A DNA stretch of 64,000 nucleotides from Eledone cirrhosa (GCA_964016885.1 OZ024741.1:206584001-206648000); one strand, 5' to 3'; positions 14,607-27,815 are shown, counted from the first letter of the stretch. Made by a program: numbers and translations. The notes: a model not told the origin generated them from the letters alone.

Positions 14607-14906
14607 AATATGCGTAAGGAAAGTATATACTTTCCAACGTTCATTCGACTGACAGGAAGTTATACGGTGCTGATGACAGCTAATAAGCTAGAAACTAGTT
14701 CATCGTTCCTTTGTCAGTGTTGAACAAAAGGGCAAGGAAGGTTTCCGAACACTGTACGGCTTAATTCGGGCTATTTGCTTACAAACAAACCGAACATTAT
14801 AATAAATGTTCGGTAAACCCATACGTACATATATATGTGTGCATGTATGTATGTATATACATACTACTGTACGTCTGTATACATATATGTATGTACGTAT
14901 ACATAC

Positions 14907-14971
<65 letters not shown>

Positions 14972-15009
14972 TATGTATACGTATATATAAATAAGTATGT
15001 ATATACACA

Positions 15010-15500
15010 CAAAGATATCCACGGTAAGTTGTGGGGTCCAGTCTGCATGAAGATCTCAATATAATCCATGTGTTGAAAATGTTGTACGTTAAAATAAATC
15101 CCGGAAAACAATAAAACATTAAAAGGAAAACAGAGTCATGATATAAGTTAAAGCAATGAAATAAAAATCAAGTCATTAGAAATATGCTTCACTTCTTTAC
15201 GATCGTTTCTAGGTGATGATAATACGTCGTAACTATACTTCGTTATCGATCTATGTAAGTTGAGTTACAACATATCAGATAAGGAAAATATTTACTTACA
15301 TGCATATCACCAGCTGCTGACAACAGCTGGTGATATGCATGTAAGTAAATATTTTCCTTATATGGTATTTTGTAACTAACCTTACATAGATCGATAACGA
15401 AGTATAGTTACGATGTATTATCACCACCTAGAAACGATCGTAAAGCAGTGAAGCATATTTCTAACGACTTGATTTTTTATTTCATTGTTTTAACTTATAT
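15010..15500. mobile_element. Fold-back pLTR element (arms ~15140-15316 and 15324-15500) with long-stem-II hammerhead remnant
   Basis: Inverted arms around CTGACAA; plus arm CTGACAA-CAGC-TGGTGATA...TATCACCA-CCTA-GAAA-CGATCG-TA; related to 57000-60570. Confidence 0.75.
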
Positions 15501-15505
15501 ATATA

Positions 15506-15663
15506 CATGGACACACTAGAAGAGGAAGACCAAGGTTAACGTATGTTGATGCCCTAAGGACAGACACTGGTCTGTTGGAGACGCAGGACATGGCAGCGAT
15601 AATGAGGGACAGAGACCGCTGGAGAGAACTCGTCCATGAATCTCGGGAATTTTACCCGCCTTA
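15506..15663 (+). mobile_element. RTE LINE extreme 3' fragment
   Basis: Near-identical to 27656-27815 (GRPRLTYVDALRTDTGL..REFYPP*). Confidence 0.9.
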
Positions 15664-15952
15664 GAATAGAATAGAATATATGCCATTTATATTGTATAGT
15701 TTGCCAATGGGTAGATAGATTCCAGTTAGCAAACATGATATAATAATTTAAAATATTCGACGCAATGCAAATCATCCATCGTAGATGTGGTATTTCGCGG
15801 TTGGTGCAGCAACTGTATTAAATATTTATTCAAAGCAGCATTCGGAGGCGGTTCATCACAACGATAGCACATGATATGATGATGTAACCAGACCATAGAA
15901 ATACGTATACTGATTTTGAAACGTTAAAAGGATATTTTTTGGCCTTCAGTTG

Positions 15953-16033
<81 letters not shown>

Positions 16034-16160
16034 CATTATTTCCGTCGGAAAGGTATAGGAAAAAAGAGTGCTCCAGGTAGGTTACAGCGCTTATTAATTA
16101 TGTAATAAACAACGAAATATTTAGCTTATGTTTTTTATTATATATATATATATATATATA

Positions 16161-16591
16161 TATATTGGTAAACGGAATAGAAAATGCTGACAAATTGTTC
16201 ACAGTTGAAAAATGGTTTAATTAGGAATAAAAGAGTATTAGTGATTGTATGGGTTAGTATTCAGTTGTGGTTTTAAGTTTTTAAGTTTTTACCAGTTGCG
16301 CATTTCTAAATGCTTTTCAAAAATAATTTTGAGATAGAGTGTCCGTGCTGTTTGCTCTGATCAGAGCAAACAGCACGGACACTCTATCTCAAAATTATTT
16401 TTGAAAAGCATTTAGAAATGCGCAACTGGTAAAAACTTAAAAACTTAAAACCACAACTGAATACTAACCCATACAATCACTAATACTCTTTTATTCCTAA
16501 TTAAACCATTTTTCAACTGTGAACAATTTGTCAGCATTTTCTATTCCGTTTACCAATATATAATAACTTGTGTGTTACACCTCTATTCTTT

Positions 16592-16595
<4 letters not shown>
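16161..16595. mobile_element. Spacer-less ~400-bp palindrome, family D, with hammerhead-like motif on each arm (16398-16434 +)
   Basis: Axis between 16360 and 16361 (CTCTGA|TCAGAG); TTT-TTGAAAA-GCAT(TTAGAA)ATGC-GCAA-CTGG-TA-AAA; ~35-bp tail on the right only. Confidence 0.85.
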
Positions 16596-16652
<57 letters not shown>

Positions 16653-17148
16653 GACCGAGGAGACAATGTGCCCAGCGATCTTTCAAATTGCTAACACTAA
16701 CTGTCGGTCGCAAATCCAGACAGAAGGCGCCACGTGAAAAAACATTTTGAAGACCAAACAGCGTGAAACAGACTGTTAGCTTCTCTCCCTTCTTTCGCTG
16801 AAAAGAAGTAAGTGACATAGTCACTACTTTAAAACCGACGGTATATTGCCAATCATACTATACATACATTCATGTATACATCGCTATTTCAGAGCACCAA
16901 TCCTAATGTATATATATATTTATAAGGGATAATAAAATATCGTTATAGATAATCCAGTTAGAGGTTGTGAATAGGTCTTATTATGGATAGTTTTAGCGTA
17001 CGGCGTTGTTTGACGCAACAAGAGGTTTACGTAGGTGGCGAGTTTATGATTTCACTTGTATTCCTATGTAAGTTTATCTTGGAGTAATAAAATTGAAAAA
17101 GTGAAGAATAACATGGTCAACAGTACAAAAAAAGGGATTTATTTACAG

Positions 17149-17252
17149 TCTGACAATTGTTTCACTGATTAAGTTGTCTAAAAATTGCTGAACACTAGAA
17201 GCAGTACCACTCAATTTTAAATACGTTGTTAGCTTAATCAGATCACCGAAGG
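17149..17252 (-). ncRNA. Hammerhead-like motif with long stem II (3' pLTR copy, degenerate core)
   Basis: TCGGTGA-T-CTGATTAAGCT...AACTTAATCAG-T-GAAA-CAATTG-TC-AGA..AAATAAA. Confidence 0.55.
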
Positions 17253-20200
17253 TAACTAGAATATATACCCGTTATATTTATAAATTCAAATTACAGCATC
17301 ATTAATTACATTAATAATAAAGATAGAGAGAAAAAAAGAAAGAGAGATAGATTAAAGAAAAAAAGAGAAAGGAAAAAGAAAAGGAGAAAGGAAAACAAAG
17401 AAAGATATATATAGAGAAAAAGACATAGAGAAAGGAGGAGAGAAAGGGATAAAGGAAAAATAAAGGTAGAGAGAAAGAAAAATAGAGGGAAAACAATGAT
17501 AACAACAATAAATGAATTAATGTTAATACATGAATAAATGTAAATAAACAAGTTACATCGAGGATGATACAAAATAATATAAAATATGAAAATAAATAAG
17601 TAAAAATGTGCGAAGAAATTTAAACATATTAAGATTGTTGAGAGTGGTTATTTTGAATGGTTAAAATATAGAGAGATACGAAAGTATAAACATGATAATG
17701 TTAAATATATTTATGTGTGTATTTGTTATTTTAATAAATTAATTATATAATTAATTAATTATTTGATTAATTAGTTGCAAGATATATTAGAAGTGAAAAT
17801 GATATGATAAGATAGAATAAGATAAAATAAGATAAAATGCCTGAGATGAAATAAATTTAAGGAAAGAAATAGAATGATAGAAAGTGAAAGATAGAGATAT
17901 ATAAAATATGAATGTAAAATATAAGAGGTTATGATTTTGGTTCATGATGATGACAATTATAATAACAATGATGATAATAGGTATTATAAGATATTATAAT
18001 AGATCTAAGTGGTACAATTTGAGTTATGGAATAGATTGGATGAATTAGGCTGGTCCAAAGTTCTCAAATTTGGTCGCTATTTGATGCCTACAGAAAATAG
18101 TTCTTTCGATTTTACTGTTAAGTAGCATTTTGTTGTATTTTAAAATTTGGAAAAGCTCCATATTACAAAGACCACAGTGGGACATGCCAATTCTATAGGC
18201 TATTGCTGATGATAGCTTCGTCCAGCTGATTTTATATTCCAGATTTGCATCTCTGAGTTGCCAGATTTTAATGGCGAGTATTGTATTCATGAGCTTCCTG
18301 TTATTCATAGATTGTCTATGGACATACCACCCTTTCTTAAACTCCTCCGCTGTGGAACCTATGTAGTGCCAAGCTAAGCTGCCTGAATTTATAGTACATA
18401 GGTACACTATATTTGACTCCAGGCATCTATTTTGTAATGGGTATTTATTAGGTAGATGACAGTTACATTTAAATGCCGGTTCTTCGATATGGTTTTGTAT
18501 GTTGTTATGAATGGGCTGAGAATTGGGTTTGTTAATGTATTGTGGTGATGTGTTCTGACGTGTGTTTGAATGTGATGATGTTATATGCTTGTGTTTTGTA
18601 TTTGGTGTTATGGTACATATTTGCGGGTTACTTGTATTATAAATTCTCTTATAGTTAATTTTATGTATGTGCGATTCTGTGTAGTTGGCAGTAGAATATG
18701 ATAGTTTGATAGATTTTATGATATTTATGAATTTTAGGGAAGTGTTTGTCAACTAATTTGAAGAAAATGTGAGGTAGTTTTGTTTTTATAGAGGAGTTAA
18801 ATACTGGATTGAATCATAAGTACTTTCTATCTCTGCATCTTCTATAGTTACTTGTGGTCTTTATATTAGTATTCTATTCAATTAATTCTCGTGCTTGTTG
18901 CACATTTCTATGTTTAGTCCAAGATTTACTGCTTCTATAGGTGTGGATAGTGTTATTTCTATTAAGTGTGTTGTTAATTTGTGTATCTGGTATGTATTTG
19001 AGTCTCTCTTTATGGCTTGCCTTAAGTAAAGCTATATTGTAGTAGTTAGCGTGTTCGTTATAAATCCCTAGATTAGAAGATAGGCGCGAGATTCTAAGGG
19101 ATATACTATGTGCTGTGGAGTTAATTATGGATCGAGGGTGATTAGAATTAGAATTAATGTTAGCTAAATTTTCATTATTTTTATGGAAGGGTTCTATTAG
19201 TCCAGTGTTTAGGTTAAGCGATGCATCTAAGAAGTTAGCTTTTTTAGAGTTGAGTTCAAAAGTGATGTTAAGGGCTAATTTATTAAAGAATTTTCTAATC
19301 TTTTCCCGTAATCTTTCTAAGTTTAGGTTTTTAGCTAAAAGTAGTCTTGGGCTGAATCATTTGATCCCATAGTTATATCGAAGTTATTTTGTTATTTTTT
19401 TCTTTCCCAGTAACTATTGTCGAACCTGATGATTGTTCTTCTAGCAGCTAGTATTATTTTAATTTCTTCTGGTGATAGGTCAGAGTTTTTTGTGCAAAGG
19501 ATAGTGCCTTATTTAGGATTACTGGGGAAATAGAAGAGTAGTAGTCATTAATGTCAAATTGTATGAAGTCGGAAGATTCTCTAATGTCTAATTTATTAAA
19601 CAAATCTATTGCTTCATTAGTGATACCCCAGAGCCTGATTATTAGTTTTTCTTTAATTCGTGGTATTATTCTATCTAATATAAACATGCTAATTTTGCCT
19701 ATATCTGATTTTGATGGACATATTAATCTACTAGTAGGGTCAGTTTCGAAGTTACATTTATGATCCTTCAGATTAGAAGTGAGTTTACAAGGTTCGGTTC
19801 TATCTGGTATTTTAAGTTTTTTTTATTATGTTAAGTCCTTCCTTGTTAATGTTAATGAGTGTAGACTCTGTAGATTTCTTGTATTTTTATGTAATTCCCG
19901 GTGTATAACATTGTTGTATGTATTAAGGCTCATGGTGTATAAGTTTGATATTTTGTCTGCCTTTACTATAATACCGTTGGTGTTACGCAATTGTTTTAGT
20001 AGTGCATTGATGTTATTTTGCAGCTTGTTATGATGCGTTCGTTTTTTAAATTTAGTTTCTTTTATCATGTTCATGAGGTCAAGTTCATATTATTTTGTAT
20101 CATCCTCGATGTAACTTGTTTATTTACATTTATTCATGTATTAACATTAATTCATTTATTGTTGTTATCATTATTTTTCCCTCTATTTTTCTTTCTCTCT

Positions 20201-20425
20201 ACCTTTATTTCTCCTTTATCCTTTTCACTTCTCTTTCAATCCTCCTTTCTCTATGTCTTTTTCCCTCTCTATATCTTCTTCTGGTTTCCTTTCTCCTTTT
20301 TCTTTTTCATTTTTCTTTCTTTCTTTTATCTATCTTTCTTTCTTTTTTCTCTCTCTATCATTATTAATATAATTAATGATGCTGTAATTTGAATTTGTAA
20401 ATTTAACGGATATATATTCTAGTCA

Positions 20426-20529
20426 CCTCCGATGATCTGATTAAGTTAACATTGTATTTAAAATTGAATGGCACTGCTTCTAGTTTTCAGCTATTTTTAG
20501 ACAACTTAATCAGTGAAACAATTGTCAGA
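20426..20529 (+). ncRNA. Hammerhead-like motif with long stem II (inverted pLTR copy)
   Basis: CCGATGA-T-CTGATTAAGTT...AACTTAATCAG-T-GAAA-CAATTG-TC-AGA; palindromic stem III, GUC site; stem I weak. Confidence 0.65.
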
Positions 20530-22001
20530 ATGTAAATAATTCCCTTTTTTTGTACCCCCATGCGCACATAAACTTATTGTCAACCCCTCCAAATAGATTA
20601 TGATTATATTTAATCCCCCCCTCTTTTACGCTCCTTTCTATTATTTAATATAGTATATTGACTATGATTTTATGCCCCTTTGTATCCTCCATATATTTCT
20701 TCATTTCTGTCCCTATTAGCCTACCATAATTCTGCTTAAGTCAGTATTTTAGATATCGTTATGTAAATGATAGTAGAAAATTTCATTCCTTTTTGTAAAT
20801 ATTTGTAACGAAATATTAACGTTTATAAACTTTAATTACTTAAACTATAGCTAATATTATACTGCCTTATTGGATATTTTAAATATTTTTAATATTAATT
20901 CATCAAATACGGTTTTCGAGTCATTTACCGGGGTTATTTCCTTACTTTTTACTTAACTGCATGTGAGACCTAAATGTATACTTTTGTTTTTGTTTTTTAA
21001 TTTCCGGTTGATTCTATTTATTTATTTTATTTTATATTTTATATTTTATTTGTAATACTACTGTGCATTATATTTACTGTCTGGCCCTTACTCACTCATC
21101 CACATACATGTCTGTTTACCAAACTTGTAATTATAAGTAATTATATATTATATTATGTTAATTATTTTATATTATATTATATTGTATTTGTTATTGTAGT
21201 ATCGATCCTTATTACTTACTGTTAATTATATGTAACATGATATGTTAAACTTTATATATCATGTAAGATATTTATATTTTTGTACCATCATAATTGTTGG
21301 GTATTGTACAATTTATTTTTCCTCACCTACTCTGTAACTCTATATGAATTGATTTGTTAACTTTAATGCCATTATATATTGTATATTATAAATGTTAGTA
21401 TATTATTATTATAGTATTATTGTGACATCTATATTGTTTGTTTAAATTAACCGGAGATTATCTATTCTATTATATTATATTATATAGTATATAATTGTAT
21501 AGTTTATTATATATTATATGTGCTACTTATAATAATATCATATTATTACCTCATGTATATTGGGCATATGTGGTATTATTATTATTTTTATTCCTATCAT
21601 GCTTATTTATATTTAAACTCTTAATAAGGTTTAATTTGTGCAGTTGAAGATGGATATGTGTATTAATGTATGTGTATGTGTGCGTACGTGTGCGTACATA
21701 TATACATATGTATATTGTACCTTTTGATTTTTATTGTAATTTTAATATTGGTAAAATATATTATATTATATTACATCGTATTATACATAATTCCTGCTCT
21801 ATATAACCACCTTTGTTTAGCTCTAGGATTTTTTTGCTTTGGACTATATTTGTAATATGGTTCTTAATGTTATACACCTCCTTAATAATTTTTATTATAT
21901 ATTTTTACCCATAATCTTGCAATACTTTAGTGTATGTACACTCCATATTCTTCGGAGTTTCCGGCTTGTATTGGCCGATAATACTTCTTGTTGTTTTAAT
22001 T

Positions 22002-22039
22002 GCCCTGATGAGTCCTTAATAGGAGGAAACATTGTTGGC
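22002..22039 (+). ncRNA. Type-I minimal hammerhead ending an AT-rich pLTR-like segment (~20560-22085)
   Basis: GCC-CTGATGA-GTCCT(TAAT)AGGAG-GAAA-CATTG-TT-GGC-TAATAAA. Confidence 0.75.
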
Positions 22040-22084
22040 TAATAAAGACTTTTGATGTATTGAAGGCTTCTTTGTTTTACTTTC

Positions 22085-22129
<45 letters not shown>

Positions 22130-22131
<2 letters not shown>

Positions 22132-22606
22132 ATGTAAATATAATGTATTTTGCAATACACTTTATGCTTAATTAAAAGCATTTTGAAGACCGTAAGCTAT
22201 TGTTTTAAAGTAGTGACAAATTCACTCACTTCGATCTCAGCAAACAGGAGGAGATAAGCCGACATGACATGTTTCGCTTTTGTTGAAGCTTATCAAGGCC
22301 AACTACCCCGCCCGTCTGCTGAGATCAATGATGTTATATTCTTATAGAAATCTAGTAAATAATCAGGAGCTGATTATGCAGATCTCAGCAGACGGGCGGG
22401 GTAGTTGGCCTTGATAAGCTTCAACAAAAGCGAAACATGTCATGTCGGCTTATCTCCTCCTGTTTGCTGAGATCGAAGTGAGTGAATTTGTCACTACTTT
22501 AAAACAATAGCTTACGGTCTTCAAAATGCTTTTAATTAAGCATAAAGTGTATTGCAAAATACATTATATTTACATCCATATATATATTGCTATTTCAGAG
22601 CTACAA

Positions 22607-22613
<7 letters not shown>
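22130..22613. mobile_element. Fold-back element (~197-bp arms, 54-bp spacer) with hammerheads at 22257-22300 (-) and 22407-22450 (+)
   Basis: Arms 22130-22326 and 22381-22577 look identical; GGCC-TTGATAA-GCTT(CAACAA)AAGC-GAAA-CATGTCATG-TC-GGCT. Confidence 0.88.
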
Positions 22614-22644
<31 letters not shown>

Positions 22645-22649
<5 letters not shown>

Positions 22650-22794
22650 ATAATAATAAATTTGAAGACTAAAATCCAAAGAGGGCTCGTTAAGGATAAA
22701 TATATATCAATTATATAAGAACCGTAGAGCAAGTATTTAGAAGATCCCGTTAAGGGTGAAAGCAGCGATTCTTTGCTTAAACGTTAATCTGTTA

Positions 22795-22800
<6 letters not shown>
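22645..22800. mobile_element. Family C pLTR fragments (tail plus hammerhead 3' part in opposite orientations)
   Basis: AGAAGA-TCCC(GTTAA)GGGT-GAAA-GCAGCGATTCTTTGC-TT-AAAC; homologous to 23088-23170, 31705-31830, 33841-34062, 50790-50860. Confidence 0.7.
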
Positions 22801-22843
<43 letters not shown>

Positions 22844-22883
22844 CTTTGTTTTTGTTTTCTGTTTTAACTATCATATATATATT

Positions 22884-23032
22884 GTAGCAGAATGGCCCGG
22901 CGTTGCTCGGCATTTACTCTAGGGTCCTTATATATTTGATATATATTTATCCTCGCGAAATAAATACTTTTGTTCATATTTTGTTATTGTGTATGCAAAA
23001 ATATCTGTACGCGAATATATAATTATATATAT

Positions 23033-23092
<60 letters not shown>

Positions 23093-24420
23093 TAAAATAA
23101 CAGATTAAAGTTTAAGCAAAGAATCGCTGCTTTCACCCTTAAGGGGATCTTCTGAATCTAACAAAGTCAATCTGTAAACGCAGAAGTGGATATTTCAAAA
23201 AACGTTGCAACCAGAGGAAGACAGGAAGACGATACTTTGGTTCGTGGAAACGTTCCCTGGCAAAGAACGAAAAAAAACCCGAAGATAATACGTCATTAAT
23301 AGGAGCGGTGAAAAACAATTACACGCAAAGACAGAACCACGTTTATGGTATAAAAGAAGTCGTAGGCTAATGTTCTCTTAGGTGGTTCATAGAGACGTTC
23401 TCTAGCAATGAACGGAAAAAACGAAGATAATACGTCATATGTGGAACGTGGAGAACAATTGCACGCAAAGACAAAACCACGTAAATGGTATAGTTGAAGT
23501 CGTAGACTAAAATTCTAACTAGGAAACCGAATGATTCTCCGCTTCAGAGTTAAGAATAAAGTAAATAAAATACAATACAGAGGTAATTGAAATTAAATAA
23601 ATACATACACGCATCCAAATACGTACATACACAAGCATATGCGAAAACACTCGCCAAGGTATACAAAACCACGCACATATAAATACGTGTGTGTGTGTGT
23701 GCGCGTGTATACAAATAAATAAGTAATTAAATAAACGTATATAAATAAATAAATACGTATATAGCACTTATATATATATGCCACATATATATATATACAA
23801 ATATAATTTAGCGACAATCGCATTTCGGCGGGTAGAAATTGGCGAAACGCAACTTCCGTATTGTGCAGACAAACGCTCCATAGATATGAAGATACCAGAG
23901 CTATAAACATAAGTTAAAATGGTCATACAATCTGAGACGATGGATAAGAAGCTATTAACCACTTTAGCCAAAAAAGCGAACAAGCTGAACGGGTAAAAAA
24001 AAATAAGATATGATTGAAATAGTTACCCGGACCCTCGGGGAAGATGGAATACTCCGATATTTGGGTTTCTGTAGCACCTAAATCAATAATACTGTCTGCT
24101 TCTAAAAAATAGGTTTTTGGTATAATGATCGAACAAGCATCGCTTTCTCAACAGGCATTTCGATCTTCGTGCGCCAGAATCTCACACGTTATGATAGCAC
24201 ATGTGAGTTTCTAAGGGGAGGAAACCCCTATTTTGGCCAGTGAATTCAGCATGTGTAGTTATTGCAAAAATTTGCAAAAACAGCTCAAAACGAATTTAGC
24301 ACTCGACCGAGTTGTTTTTAAAATAAACTTAAGCGATTAATTAGTCAATAGAGTTAACTAAAAAGCCAAAGAAAATGAACTTTTTAATCGCTTGACTTGG
24401 GAGATTAATACAAATATATA
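22884..24420 (-). mobile_element. Probable non-autonomous Helitron-like element
   Basis: Minus-strand 3' end CCGAGCAACGCCGGGCCATTCTGCTAC matches 51829-51856; internal ~140-bp tandem subrepeats at 23230-23520; the far boundary is a guess. Confidence 0.45.
23110..23158 (-). ncRNA. Family C hammerhead-like motif (U4A core)
   Basis: GATT-CAGAAGA-TCCC(CTTAA)GGGT-GAAA-GCAG(CGATTCT)TTGC-TT-AAAC. Confidence 0.55.
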
Positions 24421-25002
24421 TATATATAATAAAAGAATAAAATAAAAGTTACGGGCGAAAGAGGGGAATATCCATCGTCAGTTGTCTGCTAGGAATCATA
24501 GGTATTTCTTCACGTTAGGGACAAGATACCTCAGTCTAGGGCGAACAATAACTACAATAGATTATTGGTATATAAAAAAGGGGGGGGGGCATGTAAACAG
24601 ACACGAAAGCTGAAGCAACGTAAAGAGAGGAAAATTAAGAAAAATATCAAGTCAACAACTCATTTCGAACGTAAAAACTGGCGAGTTTGATGAGAGAAAA
24701 AAGACACGTCTTCACTGTAGCCGTATTAAAGAGAGAAGAGACTGCGTACAGTGGCGGAAGAGGGAGGAAGTGATCTAGCGGAGAGAGGTGTGAGTGAAAG
24801 TAAGAGGAAGCAAGAAAGAGATGGTTATAGGGACAACTAGCCGAGAGAAGGTGACTAGCAGAAGGGGTGAGCGAAAGTAAGAGGGAGAAGGTGAGAGAAG
24901 AGGGAGAGAATGAATAGCAACAAAGGGCGAGAAAAGAGACGGATCACAGCGGAGAAGGAAGCTTATATGAATAACATGGGTAGCTGTGTGGTTGCATTTA
25001 AG

Positions 25003-25065
<63 letters not shown>

Positions 25066-25078
25066 TTAATTGAGTCCA

Positions 25079-25211
25079 GAATTAGCCGTCGAAACGGCTT
25101 GAGCTCAGCTGTCGGGGTCCTACTCGTTCCTATTACCCACTCTACTACCCTAAGTATTGAGTACTTTGGTACGTTATGGTCCATCTTGTTCCGTACCACA
25201 TTTCCTTCGTT
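25079..25211 (+). mobile_element. Family E pLTR 3' fragment with hammerhead 3' half
   Basis: GAAA-CGGC(TTGAGCTCA)GCTG-TC-GGGG plus conserved tail; other copies at 11876, 31549, 60592-60787. Confidence 0.7.
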
Positions 25212-25237
25212 ATATATATATATATATATGAGTGTGT

Positions 25238-25688
25238 GTAGAGGTTATATTTAATTTGTTGGGATACAACAAGCAAAATATTTTTATAACTGATATAAAG
25301 CACTCAACAAATTAATTGGAGTAAATATACAATATATTAACAAATGGAAACTATATTTATAAAACCATATTTATTTCATTATACCTATTTCAAGGTCCAC
25401 CAAGGCAGATTATGGTGAGCTTTCATCAAATAAAATATAATATAGATTAGTTTTATAAATAAATATTGACATACCCTGAAAAATGCAACCTTCACGGTTG
25501 ACTATCCAGGAGACTCCAACCGTGAAGGTTGCATTTTTCAGGATATGTCAATATTTATTTATAAAACTAATCTATATTATATTTTATCTGATGAAAGCGC
25601 ACCATAATCTGCCTTGGTGCCCTTGAAATATGTATAATGAAAGAAATATGGTTTTATAAATATAATTTCCATTTGTTAATATATTGTA
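25238..25688. mobile_element. Fold-back element, family A; hammerheads at 25372-25436 (-) and 25580-25644 (+)
   Basis: Arms meet at ~25500-25517; TATTTTAT-CTGATGA-AAGCGCACCA..TGGTGCCCTT-GAAA-TATGTA-TA-ATGAAAGA. Confidence 0.88.
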
Positions 25689-25708
25689 TATATATATATA
25701 TATATATA

Positions 25709-26327
25709 TGTCGTCGGCAAATTCAGCATCCGATATCTTTTTCGCCTTAACTCTCCTGCTCTGAGCCGGTGCTACAGTAAAGCTAGAGTCGTGGTGTTTC
25801 TCCAATGCAAGGCGCATACAATAGTCCACTACCATGATAAAAAGGTAGGAAGCCAATGTATCTCCCTGGAGCACTCCAGCCAGTGTAATAACTTCAGGTG
25901 TAATGACTTGGGCTTTGGTGTTGGTGTAGAGCAGTGATATCAGGTCCACTATCTTCTTGGGGATTCCATAAGCCTGTAAGATCTTCATTAGGCAGTGACG
26001 GTCCACAGAATCAAAGGCCTTCCTAAAGTCAATGAAAACCATGACCGCAGGAACAGACAAATATTTGGTGACAAATACAATGAAGGAGGCAGAGGATTTG
26101 ATGCAGGAGGTTGAGACTGTCGATGAGTGTGGGGCTGAGAATGAATGAGACTAAAACAAAATATCTGGTAGAGAATGTTGAGAAGCCAGAGGGGATCACT
26201 AATGTAGGCGGGAAGCCGCTAGAATTGGTTGAGGACTCCCTGTATTTGGGAGACGCAGGACATGGCAGCGATAATGAGACCGCTGAAGAGAACTCGTCCA
26301 TGGATCTCGGGAATTTTACCCGCCCTA

Positions 26328-26328
<1 letters not shown>
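25709..26328. mobile_element. RTE LINE copy with 5' inversion and internal deletions
   Basis: 25709-26053 is minus-strand RT (FIDFRKAFDSV..GVLQGDTL..FADD); from 26064 plus-strand continuation to the 3' end with microhomology-bounded deletions. Confidence 0.88.
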
Positions 26329-26373
<45 letters not shown>

Positions 26374-26452
26374 CTTTTCTACAACTACCGGGGATCACTA
26401 ATGTAGGCGGGGATCTCACTGACGTCACTTTACCCGAATTTTACCCGCCCTA

Positions 26453-26496
<44 letters not shown>

Positions 26497-26499
26497 CTT

Positions 26500-27813
26500 T
26501 TCTACAACTACCGGGGATCACTAATGTAGGCGGGGATCTCACTGACGTCACTTGTGGCAAAGACCCTCAACAGGATGATTCTTAACAGGATCCAGCCTGA
26601 GATGGAGAAGAAGCTCAGGGACAACCAGAACGGCTTCAGAGAGGGTAGATCAACCACCAGTCACATCCTGATGCTGAGGAGGATATTAGAGGGAGCTAGA
26701 GCAAAGTGCCTTCCTGCGGTCATGGTTTTCATTGACTTTAGGAAGGCCTTTGATTCTGTGGACCGTTACTGCCTGATGAAGATCTTACAGGCTTATGGAA
26801 TCCCCAAGAGGATAGTGGACCTGATATCACTGCTCTACACCAACACCAAAGCCCAAGTCATTACACCTGATGGGATGACAGAGTTCTTTGAGATACTGGC
26901 TGGAGTGCTCCAGGGAGATACATTGGCTCCCTACCTTTTTATCATCGTAGTGGACTATTGTATGCGCCTTGCACTGGAGAAACACCAGGACTCTGGCTTT
27001 ACTGTAGCACCGGCTCAGAGCAGGAGAGTTGGGGCGAAAAAGGTATCGGATGCTGAATTTGCCGACGACATAGTTTTGGTGACAAATACAGTGAAGGAGG
27101 CAGAGGATTTGATGCGGGAGGTTGAGACTGTGTCGATGAGTGTGGGGCTGAGAATGAATGAGACTAAAACAAAATATCTGGTAGAGAATGTTGAGAAGCC
27201 AGAGGGGATCACTAATATAGGCGGGAAGCCGCTGGAATTGGTAGAGGACTTCCTGTATTTGGGAGCAAAGATTGGGAATACGGAGGATGATGTGGTTGAG
27301 AGGAAGAGCAAGGCCTGGGCGGCGTGCCACAGCTTGAGATCGGTGTGGAAGTCGGACCTTCGTAGAGACCTGAAAATCCGCCTCTTCATTGCTGTAGTGG
27401 AGTCTGTGCTGCTGTGTGGGTCTGAGCTTGGACACTGACCAAGAGACTCACTCAGATGGTGGATGGGTGCTACACGAGAATGCTGAGGATGGCTCTGAAC
27501 ATTAATCAGTATACACTGAGGATGAAAAACTCAGAGCTGTATGGGAGCCTCCCAAAAGTCAGCTCAAAAGTGACACAGAGGAGACTGAGGTTGGCTGGAC
27601 ATGCTCACTGACATCCAGAGTTGACATTGCACTCAGTGCTCCTTTGGGAGCCCCTACATGGACACACTGGAAGAGGAAGACCAAGGTTAACATATGTTGA
27701 TGCCCTAAGGACAGACACTGGTCTGTTGGAGACGCAGGACATGGCAGCGATAACGAGGGACAGAGACCGCTGGAGAGAACTCGTGCATGGATCTCGGGAA
27801 TTTTACCCGCCTT

Positions 27814-27815
<2 letters not shown>
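26500..27815 (+). mobile_element. 5'-truncated RTE-clade LINE (RT domain to 3' end, frameshift at ~27427)
   Basis: NYRGISLTSLVAK, QNGFREGRST, FIDFRKAFDSV, GVLQGDTLAPYLF, FADDI, GLRMNETKTK, FLYLG, RLRLAGH, GRPRLT. Confidence 0.95.

Larger units (their letters stand above)
16925..20554 (-). mobile_element. Penelope-like element, degraded ORF ~18045-20080 (RT + GIY-YIG), 3' pLTR and inverted 5' pLTR
   Basis: IIVKADKISNLY, RLICPSKSDIGK, FIQFDINDYYSSI, SNHPRSI, CNCHLPNKYPLQNRCLESNIVYLC..YIGSTAEEFKKGWYVH..CGLCNME; 17118-17590 inverted at 20085-20554. Confidence 0.92.

Noticed and set aside
16161-22613. Classifying the fold-back elements as DNA-transposon MITEs
   Set aside because: Arms are asymmetric with a one-sided tail, axes vary between copies, and equivalent arms are PLE pLTRs containing hammerhead motifs
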